This document shows, one piece after another, positions 18,756 through 28,884 of a stretch of DNA of 64,000 nt; within the stretch, counting starts at the first letter, position 1; each line of letters begins with the position of its first letter. Source of the stretch: an uncultured Elusimicrobia bacterium. GTDB taxonomy: Bacteria; Elusimicrobiota; Elusimicrobia; UBA1565; UBA9628. The DNA lies in contig CAZIBN010000001.1 of NCBI GenBank assembly GCA_964537395.1, forward strand, positions 986 to 64,985. The letters run 5' to 3'. The notes beneath the pieces were generated by a model that saw nothing but the letters and a program-made list of their open reading frames with translations, searched no databases and was not told the DNA's origin. Position numbers and translations under genes: made by a program.

Positions 18756-20002
18756 GCCGCGCCGCGCGGGCCCTGCTCGCCGGAGCCATCCTTCTCACGC
18801 TCGGCGTCCCCGCGCGCGCCGACCTGGACATCTATGACGCCGGCAAGGATCCGCCTCCCGGAACGATCTTCTCCGAGGACGGATATCATTACGCCTACCT
18901 CGAATCCGTGGACGGCGAGGGCGAGGACCGATGGATCGTGGATGGGCGCGTCCGAGCCAAGGGCGCGGAGGGAGAGTTCGCCGGGCCCGGCGCGCTGAAC
19001 GCGAACGGGTCTGTTCTCCTGCATACGATCGGAGTCCTCGATAAGGCCGGCAAGCTTTTAGGCGTCGCCCCCGCGATCAATGGGAAGCGCGCGGGCGCGG
19101 TTTACGCCGAGATCCAGGCCGTCATGATAAGCCCGCGCGGGACTAACGTCGCTTACGTCGCGCGCACGCCCAAAGGCTGGGCCGTCGTCTCACAGCAGGG
19201 AACGGGGCCCTCCTTCGAGGAGCCCCCGCTCCATCTGGCGCTCACCGAAAAGGAGACCTTGTACTTCGTGAATTTCGGCGGCTCGGCCTGGCTGTACCGC
19301 AACCACAAGCCCATCGAGAAGAAGCCCTACGGCGCGGCCGCGGCGAGCCGGAACCTGCGTCGCACCGGCGGCGTCTTCACCGGCGCCGACGGCATGATCT
19401 ACGTCGAGATCGACAAGACGACCTTCGGGCCCTACAATTCCGCGAGCACGCCCGTGTTCAGCCCCGACGAGACGCACAGCGCGTTCCTGGCCTCCGCGCA
19501 ATCGGAGCACGGCTACGACACTTTGATCGCCGACGGCCGGCCCGCCGAGATGAAGCGCTGCGCGGACTGCAGCATCCTCGTGGACGATCGAGGCCGCGTG
19601 TTCCAGGACGTCATCATGACCGGCATCAGCGAGCGGGCGCAGATCCACATGGGATTCCTGGACGGGAAGTCGCTGCATCCAGGAGGCCAGCCCCCGCGCG
19701 TGGGCCTGGCGCCCGGAGGAAAGCACTATGTGTATCCGATGCTGGCGCCCCAGGGGCTGGCCGTCGGCCTCGACGGGAGGATCGCCGAAAAGGGCGCGCC
19801 GATGCCGTTCATCCCGGGCCCGTGCGTGTTCGACGGCGAGGAGTACCACTACTGGTCGGTGACGGGCGGCAGGCTCTACCTGGTGTGCGGCAGCGCCGAG
19901 GGGCCGCGCGCGCCGAAGCCCCGCTGCGCGGCCGTCGCGCGCGGCCGCGGCTGGCCGCGGGCCGAGGCCGTCGCAGAGCCCTCTTCTAGTCCAGGTCGAT
20001 GA
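18752..20002 (+). CDS. Secreted hypothetical protein
   Basis: TTG start overlapping the upstream stop. Signal peptide LLAGAILLTLGVPARA. No motif recognised. Confidence 0.6.
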   Translation: MSRAARALLAGAILLTLGVPARADLDIYDAGKDPPPGTIFSEDGYHYAYLESVDGEGEDRWIVDGRVRAKGAEGEFAGPGALNANGSVLLHTIGVLDKAGKLLGVAPAINGKRAGAVYAEIQAVMISPRGTNVAYVARTPKGWAVVSQQGTGPSFEEPPLHLALTEKETLYFVNFGGSAWLYRNHKPIEKKPYGAAAASRNLRRTGGVFTGADGMIYVEIDKTTFGPYNSASTPVFSPDETHSAFLASAQSEHGYDTLIADGRPAEMKRCADCSILVDDRGRVFQDVIMTGISERAQIHMGFLDGKSLHPGGQPPRVGLAPGGKHYVYPMLAPQGLAVGLDGRIAEKGAPMPFIPGPCVFDGEEYHYWSVTGGRLYLVCGSAEGPRAPKPRCAAVARGRGWPRAEAVAEPSSSPGR

Positions 20003-20489
20003 TGTCTGCCCGGCTGCCGTCGAGGTCGGGCTCACCGTTGAAGACGGGCGCGGCCAGAGGCGCTCCAGGCGGAGGGATGTCCATCCTCGCCGGCGCGGCA
20101 GCGGGGGCCGCCGCGGCCTTGACGAGAGGGCCTATCAGAGACTCGATGGCCTCCTTGAGCTGAGCGACGTCCAGCGGCTTGTCGATGTAGCCGATGGCGG
20201 GCGCGTCCATGATGGTCATCTCGATCTCGAATTTAGGCGTGACGCTCGCGAAGACGACCGGCATCGCCGCGCACGTCGTGGTGCTGCGAAGACGCTTGAG
20301 GATCTCAAAACCATCCGCCTCGGGCAGCTTGTAGTCGAGGATAGCCAGGCGCGGCCGGTGCATTTCCGCCAGAGGGAGAACGGAGTAGCCGTCGACGGCG
20401 ACCACGGATTCGTAGCCAAGGGAAGCGACCGCGGCCTGCAGCACCTCGCGGAACCGCGGGTCGGCGTCATAGATCAATATCTTCGTCAT
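19986..20489 (-). CDS. Response regulator receiver protein with Ala/Pro-rich C-terminal tail
   Basis: MTKILIYDAD...LAILDYKLPEADG...KPL. TACAAT lies 6 nt before the ATG. Confidence 0.8.
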   Translation of the reverse strand: MTKILIYDADPRFREVLQAAVASLGYESVVAVDGYSVLPLAEMHRPRLAILDYKLPEADGFEILKRLRSTTTCAAMPVVFASVTPKFEIEMTIMDAPAIGYIDKPLDVAQLKEAIESLIGPLVKAAAAPAAAPARMDIPPPGAPLAAPVFNGEPDLDGSRADIIDLD

Positions 20490-20537
20490 AAAAGGATTGT
20501 AATCCTGCCGCTGAGTCCTGTCAATGACCGAGCCCGG

Positions 20538-21287
20538 TCATTTCCCAACGGCCCTCAAGCCCTTGACGGCCCAGGACAGGTTCACGAAGCCGAAATCCTT
20601 ATCGGCGAACTCCGCCTTCTCGAAGCGGCCGGAGTTCATGGAGGAGGATGCAGGGCGCGGATCTAATTCAGCCACGACGATCTGCCCCGAGCCGGGGCGC
20701 TCCTCCTGGTATTCGATCCCCTCCTCACGCAGGTCGTAGGAGTCGAGAAGCTTGGCCGTCGTCGGGCGCCGGCGGTCGGTCACGGTGACGGCGGCGGCCT
20801 CGACCTCCTCGACGAAGCCCTCGAAGACGCGGAAGCGGATCTCAAGATGAGTCCTCTTGCGCTCGAGCGACTTCGGATACAAGGAGATCACGAGCCAGCG
20901 GGAGTCCTTTTTACCCTTGTGCAAGCGCGCCGCAGATCTGGCCTTCGAGTTCTCACCCTTCATGCGGCCCTTGATCTTGACGACCTTAAGCGCGACGGTG
21001 TTCTCGGCCGCGCCGGGGACGCCGCCTACGCGCAGCGAGAGCGGCTCCCAGTCCACGGCGTCCTTGTGGATCACGGCGTGCATCGGGCGGCTGAGCTTCG
21101 CCTTTGGAGCGTCCCCTCCGACCTTGAAGCCGTGGCCGGCGACCTCGTCGGTCGGAGCAGTGGAGCTGGAGGCCGCCACCGTCGCGGTCTCCGAAGACAC
21201 GGCGGGCGCCGCAGCGGGAGCCCCGTACATCGGCGACTGCGCCGCGGCCGAGGCCGCGAGCAGGACGACGAACGCGCCGTGCCTCAC
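20538..21287 (-). CDS. Secreted hypothetical protein
   Basis: GTG 21287 overlaps the valS TGA (GTGA). Signal peptide VRHGAFVVLLAASAAAQS. The ORF-track start 21419 would overlap valS by 135 nt. Confidence 0.6.
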   Translation of the reverse strand: MRHGAFVVLLAASAAAQSPMYGAPAAAPAVSSETATVAASSSTAPTDEVAGHGFKVGGDAPKAKLSRPMHAVIHKDAVDWEPLSLRVGGVPGAAENTVALKVVKIKGRMKGENSKARSAARLHKGKKDSRWLVISLYPKSLERKRTHLEIRFRVFEGFVEEVEAAAVTVTDRRRPTTAKLLDSYDLREEGIEYQEERPGSGQIVVAELDPRPASSSMNSGRFEKAEFADKDFGFVNLSWAVKGLRAVGK

Positions 21288-23899
21288 GACAGGACGGCGA
21301 TCGTCTCTTGGAGACGGTCGCGGCGCGCGAGAGCCCCGTCGTGCTGCTCCTTGGCTTCCGCGACCTTCTCCGCGGGCGCGCTCGCGGCGGCCGAGAGGTT
21401 CTTGAGCTTGGCCGCGCACTTCTCGATGTCGCCCTCGGCCTTGGCCAGGTCCTTCGCCAGGCGCTCGCGCTCCTTGGCGAAGTCGATGACGCCCGCGAGC
21501 GGGATGAAGAAGGTCACGCCCTCGGCGACCGCGGTCGCGCTCTGCAGAGGGCGAGCCCCGATGAGAGGCTCGATGCTCTCGAGCTGGGCCAGGGACATCG
21601 CGTACGCGCGGTGCTTGCCGATGAGCGCCTCCGCGAACGCCCCTTCGGCCACGGCCTTGATCTTGAGGCCGGGCGGCACGTTGAGCTGTGAGCGCAGGGA
21701 GCGGATCGAAGCGACCGCGCCCATGACACGGCTCATCTCCCTCTCAACCTCGGGGTTGGACCAGTCGTAGCCGAGCGTGTGGTAGCCGCCCTTGAGCACG
21801 AACTCGGCATTCTCGCCGGCATAAGGCTTGAGCGCGGCGTAAATCTCCTCGGTGACGAACGGCATGATCGGATGCAGGGCCTTCAGCGAACCGGTCAGAA
21901 CCTGAACGAGGATCGTCCGCGCGATGTCCTTGTCCTCGCCTTCGATGCCGAGGAGGCGGCCCTTCGCGAGCTCGATGTACCAGGCGCAGAACTCGTCCCA
22001 CAGGAACACATACAGCGCCTCGGCGGCGGCCGCGGGATCGTACACGTCGAGCGACGCCTTCGCCTTTTCGAGGGTCGCCTGGTAACGGGACAAGATCCAC
22101 GCGTCGGCGGTCTCCAGGCAGCAGTGAGACAACTTCTCCAGACGATACGCAGTCGGATTTTCCGGAAGATTCATCAGCACAAAGCGCGTCGAGTTCCAGA
22201 GCTTATTGACGAAGTTGCGCGCGGACACGACGGTCTGCTCGTCGAAGGCGATGTCCTTGCCCGGGTGGGCCTGGACCATCAGCGCGAAGCGCAGCGCATC
22301 GGTGCCGTACTTGTCCATCATCAGCAGGGGATCCACGACGTTGCCCAGCGACTTCGACATCTTCTTGCCGCTCTTGTCGCGCACGATGCCGTGGATGACG
22401 GCGTCGGGGAACGCGGGCTTGTCCATGAAGGCGTGGCCCATCATCTGCATACGGGCGACCCAGAGATAAAGGATCTCATAGCCGGTGACCAAGGTCGTGG
22501 TCGGATAATAGTAGGCCAGGTCCTTCGTCTTGTCAGGCCAGCCGAACACGGCGAGCGGCCACAGCGCCGAGGAGAACCAGGTGTCGAGCACGTCAGGGTC
22601 CTGGGTCCAGCCCGCGCCGGGAGATTCCAGGCTCACGAGCGGCTTTTCGCCGTCCTTGTACCAGACCGGGATGCGATGGCCCCACCAGATCTGGCGAGAA
22701 ACGCACCAATCTTTGATGTTGACGAGCCAATCACGGTAGGGCTTTTCCCAGTTCTTCGGGTAGATCTTGAATTCGCCGGCGTCCAAAGCCTCTAACGGCG
22801 CTTTTGCCAATTCGGTCTGCTTCACGAACCACTGCAAAGAGAGAAGGGGCTCGATGACGGAGCCGCAGCGATAACACGCCTGGACCGCGCTCTTGTGATC
22901 TTCCTTCTTTCGGAGATATCCCTTCGCCTCAAGGTCGGCGACGATGGCGTCCTGGGCCTTCTCGCGGGAGAGGCCGGCGTAAGGACCGGCGGCGTCGGTG
23001 AGCTTGCCATCCGGGCCGATGGCCTTGATCGCGGGTAATTTGTGCCGTTCGCCGAGTTCCCAGTCGTTTTGATCGTGAGCGGGCGTGACTTTGAGGGCTC
23101 CGGTGCCAAGCTCGAATTCGACGTAAGAATCTTCAATGACAGGAATCGGGCGGTCGATGAAGGGGATCAAGACTGTTTTGCCGACCATGTGCCGCCAGCG
23201 GTCGTCCTTTGGATTTATCGCTACCGCGGTGTCGCCAAACATCGTGATCGGTCGGGTCGTGGCGACAACTATGCCTTCCCCGCCGTCGGCGTTCTTATAA
23301 TGGATGTGATAAAGAGCCCCCTTCCGTTCTTCTCTTTCCACCTCGATGTCTGATAATGCCGTTCCGCACCTGACGCACCAGTTCACCAATCTTTCGCCAC
23401 GGTAGATCAGACCTCGTTCCCACAATGTCTTAAAGGCGTGAAACACGGCCTTCGCACGCGGCTCGTCCATCGTGAACGCTTCTCTCTGCCAGTCGAGGGA
23501 GGCTCCGAGCCGGTGAAGCTGGCCCAAGATCGTTTTTTTACAGTCCCGGGTCCAGGCCTGCATGCGCACCAGGAACGCGTCGCGGCCGAGCGCGTGGCGG
23601 TCCACCTTCTCGGCCTTGAGCTGCTTCTCCATCACGTTCTGCGTGGCGATGCCGCCGTGATCGCAGCCCGGCACCCAGCATGCTTCCTGGCCGAGCATGC
23701 GATGGTGGCGTATGAACGCGTCCTGCAACGAGTTGTTGAGGGCATGGCCGATGTGCAAAGCGCCGGTCACGTTCGGCGGAGGAATGACGATCGTGTACGG
23801 AGGTTTTTCAGAAGGAGAGGAACGGGAAAGGCCGGCCGCGTCCCAGCTCGCGAGGCGCGCTTCTTCGACCGGCTTCGGATCGTAGGCTTTCTCGAGCAT
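21284..23899 (-). CDS. valS: Valine--tRNA ligase
   Basis: PNVTGALHIGH and KMSKSLGN class I motifs. Coiled-coil C-terminus. Confidence 0.95.
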   Translation of the reverse strand: MLEKAYDPKPVEEARLASWDAAGLSRSSPSEKPPYTIVIPPPNVTGALHIGHALNNSLQDAFIRHHRMLGQEACWVPGCDHGGIATQNVMEKQLKAEKVDRHALGRDAFLVRMQAWTRDCKKTILGQLHRLGASLDWQREAFTMDEPRAKAVFHAFKTLWERGLIYRGERLVNWCVRCGTALSDIEVEREERKGALYHIHYKNADGGEGIVVATTRPITMFGDTAVAINPKDDRWRHMVGKTVLIPFIDRPIPVIEDSYVEFELGTGALKVTPAHDQNDWELGERHKLPAIKAIGPDGKLTDAAGPYAGLSREKAQDAIVADLEAKGYLRKKEDHKSAVQACYRCGSVIEPLLSLQWFVKQTELAKAPLEALDAGEFKIYPKNWEKPYRDWLVNIKDWCVSRQIWWGHRIPVWYKDGEKPLVSLESPGAGWTQDPDVLDTWFSSALWPLAVFGWPDKTKDLAYYYPTTTLVTGYEILYLWVARMQMMGHAFMDKPAFPDAVIHGIVRDKSGKKMSKSLGNVVDPLLMMDKYGTDALRFALMVQAHPGKDIAFDEQTVVSARNFVNKLWNSTRFVLMNLPENPTAYRLEKLSHCCLETADAWILSRYQATLEKAKASLDVYDPAAAAEALYVFLWDEFCAWYIELAKGRLLGIEGEDKDIARTILVQVLTGSLKALHPIMPFVTEEIYAALKPYAGENAEFVLKGGYHTLGYDWSNPEVEREMSRVMGAVASIRSLRSQLNVPPGLKIKAVAEGAFAEALIGKHRAYAMSLAQLESIEPLIGARPLQSATAVAEGVTFFIPLAGVIDFAKERERLAKDLAKAEGDIEKCAAKLKNLSAAASAPAEKVAEAKEQHDGALARRDRLQETIAVLS

Positions 23900-23900
23900 G

Positions 23901-24296
23901 TCAGATCTTCAGGATGTGGCGGATCTTCGAGAGCAGGACCTCGCCGTCGACCGGCTTGCCCAGGTACTCGACCGCGCCGGACTGCAGGCCGCTGACGACG
24001 TCGATGGCCTCGTCCGAGCCGGAGAACAGGATCACGGGCGTCGCCGCGATCTCGGGATCGGCCTTGAGCTCGCGGATGAGCTCGCGCCCGTCGAAGCCGG
24101 GCATGTACAGGTCCATGATGACGAGATCGGGCTTCTCGGTGCGCACGACGGTCAGCGCCCGCTCGGGCTCGCCGACCGCGATGACGTAATAGCCCGCATG
24201 ATCGAGCGCCAACCGCACCGTCTCCCGGATGAGCACGTCGTCATCGACGATGACGATCTTGCGGCGCACGGCCGGATGCTTGGCCTTCCCCATCAC
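23901..24296 (-). CDS. Single-domain response regulator (REC)
   Basis: KIVIVDDDVLIRE...VIMDLYMPGFDG...KPV. Confidence 0.85.
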   Translation of the reverse strand: MMGKAKHPAVRRKIVIVDDDVLIRETVRLALDHAGYYVIAVGEPERALTVVRTEKPDLVIMDLYMPGFDGRELIRELKADPEIAATPVILFSGSDEAIDVVSGLQSGAVEYLGKPVDGEVLLSKIRHILKI

Positions 24297-25594
24297 AGCA
24301 GGTCCGAAGCCAATGCGGCCAGGACGGAGCGTTCGCTCTTGGTGAAGGTGACGTGGCCGAACAGGCCCTGGCCCTTGAAGCGCTCGACGAGGTTCGTAAG
24401 GCCGTTGGAGGTCGCGTCGAGATAGTAGTTGTCCACCTGATGCGGGTCGCCCGTCAGCACGATCTTGGCACCCTGTCCGGCGCGCGAGATGATCGTCTTG
24501 ATCTCGTGCGGCGTCAGGTTCTGCGCGTCGTCGATGATGATCAGCAGGCCCGGCAAGGTGCGGCCGCGGAGGTAGGTGACGGCCTCGATCTCGAGGACGC
24601 CGTCCTCCATCAGCATCTGGATGTCCATGTCGGTGGTCTCGACGGCGCCCTTCGGCTTCTCGAGAAGGTAGGACAGGTTGTCGTAGATCGCACCCATCCA
24701 GTTGGTGAGCTTCTCCTCCTTCGTGCCGGGCAGGAAGCCGAGGTCATGGCCGACCGCGATGACGGGGCGTGCGACGAGGATGCGGCGGTACAGCTTCTCC
24801 TCGAGCGTCTGCTGGAGCGCGGCGGCCAGCGCGATCATCGTCTTGCCCGAGCCGGCGAGGCCGACGAGGGTCACGAGCGAGATCTCGGGATTGAGAAGAA
24901 GCTCGAGCGCGAAACGCTGCTCGATGTTCAGCGGCTTGATGCCCCAGGGGGCGGAATCCGCCCGCACAAGAGGTACGAGGGATTTTGTCTTCAGGTCGTA
25001 GCGGGCCAGCGCGCTCTTCGAGGTGCCCTCGGCCTTGAGGATGACGAACTCATTGGGGATCAGGTCCGGGATCGTCGCCGGCACGCGCTTGTTCTGGTAG
25101 AACGAGTCGATCTCCTCGCCGGAGACGGCGGCCTCGCGCCAGCCCTTGTACAGGTCGTCGATGTCGACCTTTTCCTTCTCGTAGTCCTGAGTCTCGAGGC
25201 CGAGGGCCTCGGCCTTGATCCGGAGGTTGATGTCCTTGGAGATGAAGACGATGGTCTCGCCCTGCTTCTTCAGGAACAGCGCGCATGAGAGGATCTCGTT
25301 GTCCTTCGTGTGGGCGGAGAACGCCTTGGGCAGCCCGTCGGAGACCTGGATCTCGACCTTGAGCTTGCCGCCGTGCTCCAGGGGAACCCAGCTCGACAGC
25401 TTGCCGCCCTTGCGCAGCTCATCGAGCTTGCGCGAGACGAAGCGGGCAGAGCGGCCGCGCTCGTCGTTGTTGCGCTTGAAGGTGTCGAGCTCCTCGATGA
25501 CTGTCAGCGGGAGCACGACGCGCGAGCCTTCGAAGGAGAACATGGACATCGGGTCGTGAAGAATGACGTTGGTGTCGAGCACGAAGGTCTTCAT
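24293..25594 (-). CDS. PIN-domain + PhoH-like ATPase (PhoH2/YlaK type)
   Basis: VLDTNVILHD PIN N-terminus. Walker A GLAGSGKT. DDAQNL. Confidence 0.85.
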   Translation of the reverse strand: MKTFVLDTNVILHDPMSMFSFEGSRVVLPLTVIEELDTFKRNNDERGRSARFVSRKLDELRKGGKLSSWVPLEHGGKLKVEIQVSDGLPKAFSAHTKDNEILSCALFLKKQGETIVFISKDINLRIKAEALGLETQDYEKEKVDIDDLYKGWREAAVSGEEIDSFYQNKRVPATIPDLIPNEFVILKAEGTSKSALARYDLKTKSLVPLVRADSAPWGIKPLNIEQRFALELLLNPEISLVTLVGLAGSGKTMIALAAALQQTLEEKLYRRILVARPVIAVGHDLGFLPGTKEEKLTNWMGAIYDNLSYLLEKPKGAVETTDMDIQMLMEDGVLEIEAVTYLRGRTLPGLLIIIDDAQNLTPHEIKTIISRAGQGAKIVLTGDPHQVDNYYLDATSNGLTNLVERFKGQGLFGHVTFTKSERSVLAALASDLL

Positions 25595-26706
25595 ACGGGA
25601 GCCTCCTCACGATCAAACGGCGGCACGAATTCCTGAAAAGCGTCGTTGGCAAGGAACTTCCCGTCGGTCGTCAGGCGCCAGCGCCCAGCGGCCTCTTCAA
25701 CCAGGCCCCGGGCCTTAAGCACGGCCCACGGACCGGCGAACGCGGCCTTGAGCGCCTCCGACGGCGCGAAGCCATCGGTCAGGCGCAGGCCGAGGAAGGC
25801 CTCCTCGCCGATCGCCTCAAGGCCCTTGGGATGCTCATTCTCGATAAGGGGCCTCCGGCCTTTCTCGACAGCGTCGAGATACGCCGGGATCCGCTCTTCG
25901 TTGCTTTGCCGGCGTCCGCCGTAGAATGACGCCGCCGAGCAGCCGAGGCCGATGTACTCTCCGCGATTCCAATAATTGATGTTGTGCGCCGAACGGTGGC
26001 CGGGCTTCGCGTAATTCGAGATCTCGTACTGCTCGAGGCCCGCGGCCGCAAGCGACCGCATCGACAGCTCGAACATCTCGCGGCCGAGGTCGGAATCCTC
26101 TTCGACGCCGCGCTTGGCGAACAAGGTCCGGTCTTCGACCTGAAGACCGTATAAAGAGATGTGCTCGGGAGCGAGCGCCAGAACATGATCCAAAGTGGCG
26201 CGAAGGCTGTCGAGCGTCTGCCCCGGCAGGCCGAACATCAGGTCCACCGAAAGCGCCGGGATGCCGGCGCGGCGCGCGGCCTTGAACATCTCCGTGAACT
26301 CGGCGGCGGTATGGCGCCGGCCGATCGCGGGGAGCAGGGCGTCGTCAGCGGTCTGCAGCCCGATCGAAAGGCGCGTCACGCCCTCGCGCGCCAGCACGGC
26401 CAGCTTTTCCTCATCGAGGCTTTCGGGGTTGCCCTCGAAGGTGGATTCGACGAAGCGCGAATCCGGATAGGCGCGGCGCAGGCGCGTGAACAGATCGGAG
26501 ATCTGCGGCGCCGTCAGCTCCGAAGGCGTGCCGCCACCTATATAAAGGGAATTAAGCGGCGACGTAGGCGCCGCGTGGAGCGCGGCCTCAGCCTCGAGAG
26601 CGGCGAGGTAGCGGTCAGCGAGCTTGTTCTGCCCGGAATAAGCGGCGAAGTCGCAGTAGAAGCACTTCACCGAGCAGAACGGGATGTGGGCGTATAAACC
26701 TATCAA
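25591..26706 (-). CDS. hemW: Radical SAM heme chaperone HemW / HemN-like
   Basis: LYAHIPFCSVKCFYCDF. HemN_C-like C-terminus. TTG start. Confidence 0.8.
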   Translation of the reverse strand: MIGLYAHIPFCSVKCFYCDFAAYSGQNKLADRYLAALEAEAALHAAPTSPLNSLYIGGGTPSELTAPQISDLFTRLRRAYPDSRFVESTFEGNPESLDEEKLAVLAREGVTRLSIGLQTADDALLPAIGRRHTAAEFTEMFKAARRAGIPALSVDLMFGLPGQTLDSLRATLDHVLALAPEHISLYGLQVEDRTLFAKRGVEEDSDLGREMFELSMRSLAAAGLEQYEISNYAKPGHRSAHNINYWNRGEYIGLGCSAASFYGGRRQSNEERIPAYLDAVEKGRRPLIENEHPKGLEAIGEEAFLGLRLTDGFAPSEALKAAFAGPWAVLKARGLVEEAAGRWRLTTDGKFLANDAFQEFVPPFDREEAPV

Positions 26707-26819
26707 TTCGCATGGATTTTCCTATATTTCGCCTCGTTTCGCAAGCCGCCGAAGGGACCCGCTCCTCCTGGGACTTAGGACCCCTGGCGAGACAGGCTCT
26801 CGCACCCTATCCTTAAGAC

Positions 26820-27947
26820 ATGCAAGCGTTATTGCTCCTTCTGGCCCTTGCCCTGCCCGCCCGCGCCGGCGTCGCCGTTTCCGCCGAAGCCGGGGCCGAC
26901 GCGAGCGTCCCCAGAATATCGCTTCAAACCTCGCTGAGCCCGATCTCCGGGCCTTCGCTCGGAGCGACCTTAACTCCGGGCCTCAACGCCTCGCTCGCTC
27001 CGCTCGCCGCGCCCGCGCTCCTGACACCTCAGGCGCTTCCCGCGCCCCTGGCCGTCTCCGCGATTGTCACGCCAGTGGTCGCTCAGGCCCATACGCCCTC
27101 CGTGGTCCGCCCCGTCATGTCCGCGGCTTCCATGCCGGAAGCGCCAAAGCCTTCCGAGGAGGCGGCCGCGCCTGCGGACAAAACCCAGCCTTCATTCAAG
27201 ACCAAGATCCTCGGCATGCTCAAGAGCCTGGCCAACCCTTTCGGGAGCAAGCCCGCCGAAGACGCACCCCCGGCCAACGAGGCCGAGCGCCTCGATCGAG
27301 AGTTCTCCAAGATCGACTTCTGGGGGCAGGTCGCGCCCGCCGCGCGCGCCGAGATCGAAGGCCTGCGCGCGCGCAAGCTGTCGAAGGATGAATTGAAAGC
27401 CTACGTGCAGACCGAGGCGGACGCCGCGATCGAGCGCATCAAGGCCGCGCGCGGCGTGGCCAACATCGGGTTCCACTACAACCTTCACGGCGGCCGCCGC
27501 GAGGAGTACGTCGGCGTCGGCATCCGCGCGACGATGGGCGACATCGCCGCGCGCTACGACATGAACGCGGACCGGAATCAAAAGGTCTACTTCTTTCAGA
27601 GCGCCCAGCACGCCGGCTTCACTCCGCTCGATTCGAGGCATGGCGAGCATCTGTTCATCAAGATGCGCATGGGCTACGCGCTGAACCTCTTCGACCTCGA
27701 CGCGCCCGCCCTCAAGGAGGCCCGGGCCGACGGACGCATCAAAAACTTCGGCTCGATCTCGATGGACTTCCACGGGATGAAGGGCGTGCCCTACGAGTCC
27801 TACCTCGCTCCGCCGGTCGAGGTCTTCACGAAGACCGCGAAGAAGATCGGGATGCAGAAGCTCTCCTGGGACGAGGAGACCCTGGCGACCGTACGCTATC
27901 TCGAGGCCGCGGTGACGCAAGGCGGCGCGTTCGTCCCGCGCCCCTAG
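26820..27947 (+). CDS. Secreted hypothetical protein; the C-terminal domain has PARP/DT-like H-Y-E motif spacing
   Basis: Signal peptide MQALLLLLALALPARA and a P/A/L/S-rich linker. NLHGGR (H223), KVYFF (Y257), PYESYL (E326). Confidence 0.6.
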   Translation: MQALLLLLALALPARAGVAVSAEAGADASVPRISLQTSLSPISGPSLGATLTPGLNASLAPLAAPALLTPQALPAPLAVSAIVTPVVAQAHTPSVVRPVMSAASMPEAPKPSEEAAAPADKTQPSFKTKILGMLKSLANPFGSKPAEDAPPANEAERLDREFSKIDFWGQVAPAARAEIEGLRARKLSKDELKAYVQTEADAAIERIKAARGVANIGFHYNLHGGRREEYVGVGIRATMGDIAARYDMNADRNQKVYFFQSAQHAGFTPLDSRHGEHLFIKMRMGYALNLFDLDAPALKEARADGRIKNFGSISMDFHGMKGVPYESYLAPPVEVFTKTAKKIGMQKLSWDEETLATVRYLEAAVTQGGAFVPRP

Positions 27948-27969
27948 CCGAATTGCTAGACTAGTCTCC

Positions 27970-28863
27970 TTGGCCACCCCCCACAAAGCCGGCTTCGTCG
28001 CGCTCGCAGGACGCCCCAACGTCGGCAAATCGACGCTCATGAACTCGCTGCTGAAGTTCAAGCTGTCGATCGTCTCGCACAAGCCGCAGACGACGCGGCA
28101 CAAGATCTTAGGGATCCTCGAGGGCGAGGAGTTCCAGGCCTGCTTCCTCGACACGCCGGGCCTCATCGATGAGCCTTCCGACGATCTGCAGAAAAGCCTG
28201 CGCCATGAGTCGACCCGCGCGATCCGCGACGACGCCGACCTGGTCGTGTACATGGTGGACGCCGTCGAGTCCAATCCGGAGAAGGTCGGCAACACGTTCG
28301 TGCGCCCCGGCACGCCGGTCATCCTCGTGATCAACAAGTGCGACCGCGACGTGGCCGAGACGCGGCTCGCGGCGATCGAGAAGGCCTATTCCATCGCTCT
28401 CAATCCCGAGAAGGTCTTCCGCATCTCCGCGCTCAAGGGCCAAGGGGTCGACGAGCTGAAGACGGAGATCCTCTCACGCCTGCCCGAGAGCGAGCCGTTC
28501 TACGACAAGGGCCAGCTCTCCGACCGCTGGGAACGTTTTTTCGCCACTGAGATCGTCCGCGAGCAAGTCTTCGATCTCTATCACGACGAGATTCCACACG
28601 CCGTCGCCGTGGTCGTGGAGACCTTCCGCGAGAACCAGGGCGCGCCCGACGACGTGTTCGCGACCTTGTATGTCGAGCGCGACGGCCAGAAGGGCATCAT
28701 CATCGGCAAGGCCGGCAAGGACCTCCACCGCCTGACCGAGCGCTCGCAGGCCATGCTCGAGGCCTTCCTCGGCCGCGAGGTCAACCTTGAGCTCTGGATC
28801 AAGGTGCGCAAGGACTGGCGCAAGGATCCTCGGTCGTTGAAAGAATTCGGCTATACGACCTAG
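27970..28863 (+). CDS. era: GTPase Era
   Basis: G1 GRPNVGKST, G3 DTPG, G4 NKCD, C-terminal KH domain. TTG start. Confidence 0.9.
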   Translation: MATPHKAGFVALAGRPNVGKSTLMNSLLKFKLSIVSHKPQTTRHKILGILEGEEFQACFLDTPGLIDEPSDDLQKSLRHESTRAIRDDADLVVYMVDAVESNPEKVGNTFVRPGTPVILVINKCDRDVAETRLAAIEKAYSIALNPEKVFRISALKGQGVDELKTEILSRLPESEPFYDKGQLSDRWERFFATEIVREQVFDLYHDEIPHAVAVVVETFRENQGAPDDVFATLYVERDGQKGIIIGKAGKDLHRLTERSQAMLEAFLGREVNLELWIKVRKDWRKDPRSLKEFGYTT

Positions 28864-28884
28864 CCCGCCGGAGGATATGTCCTC

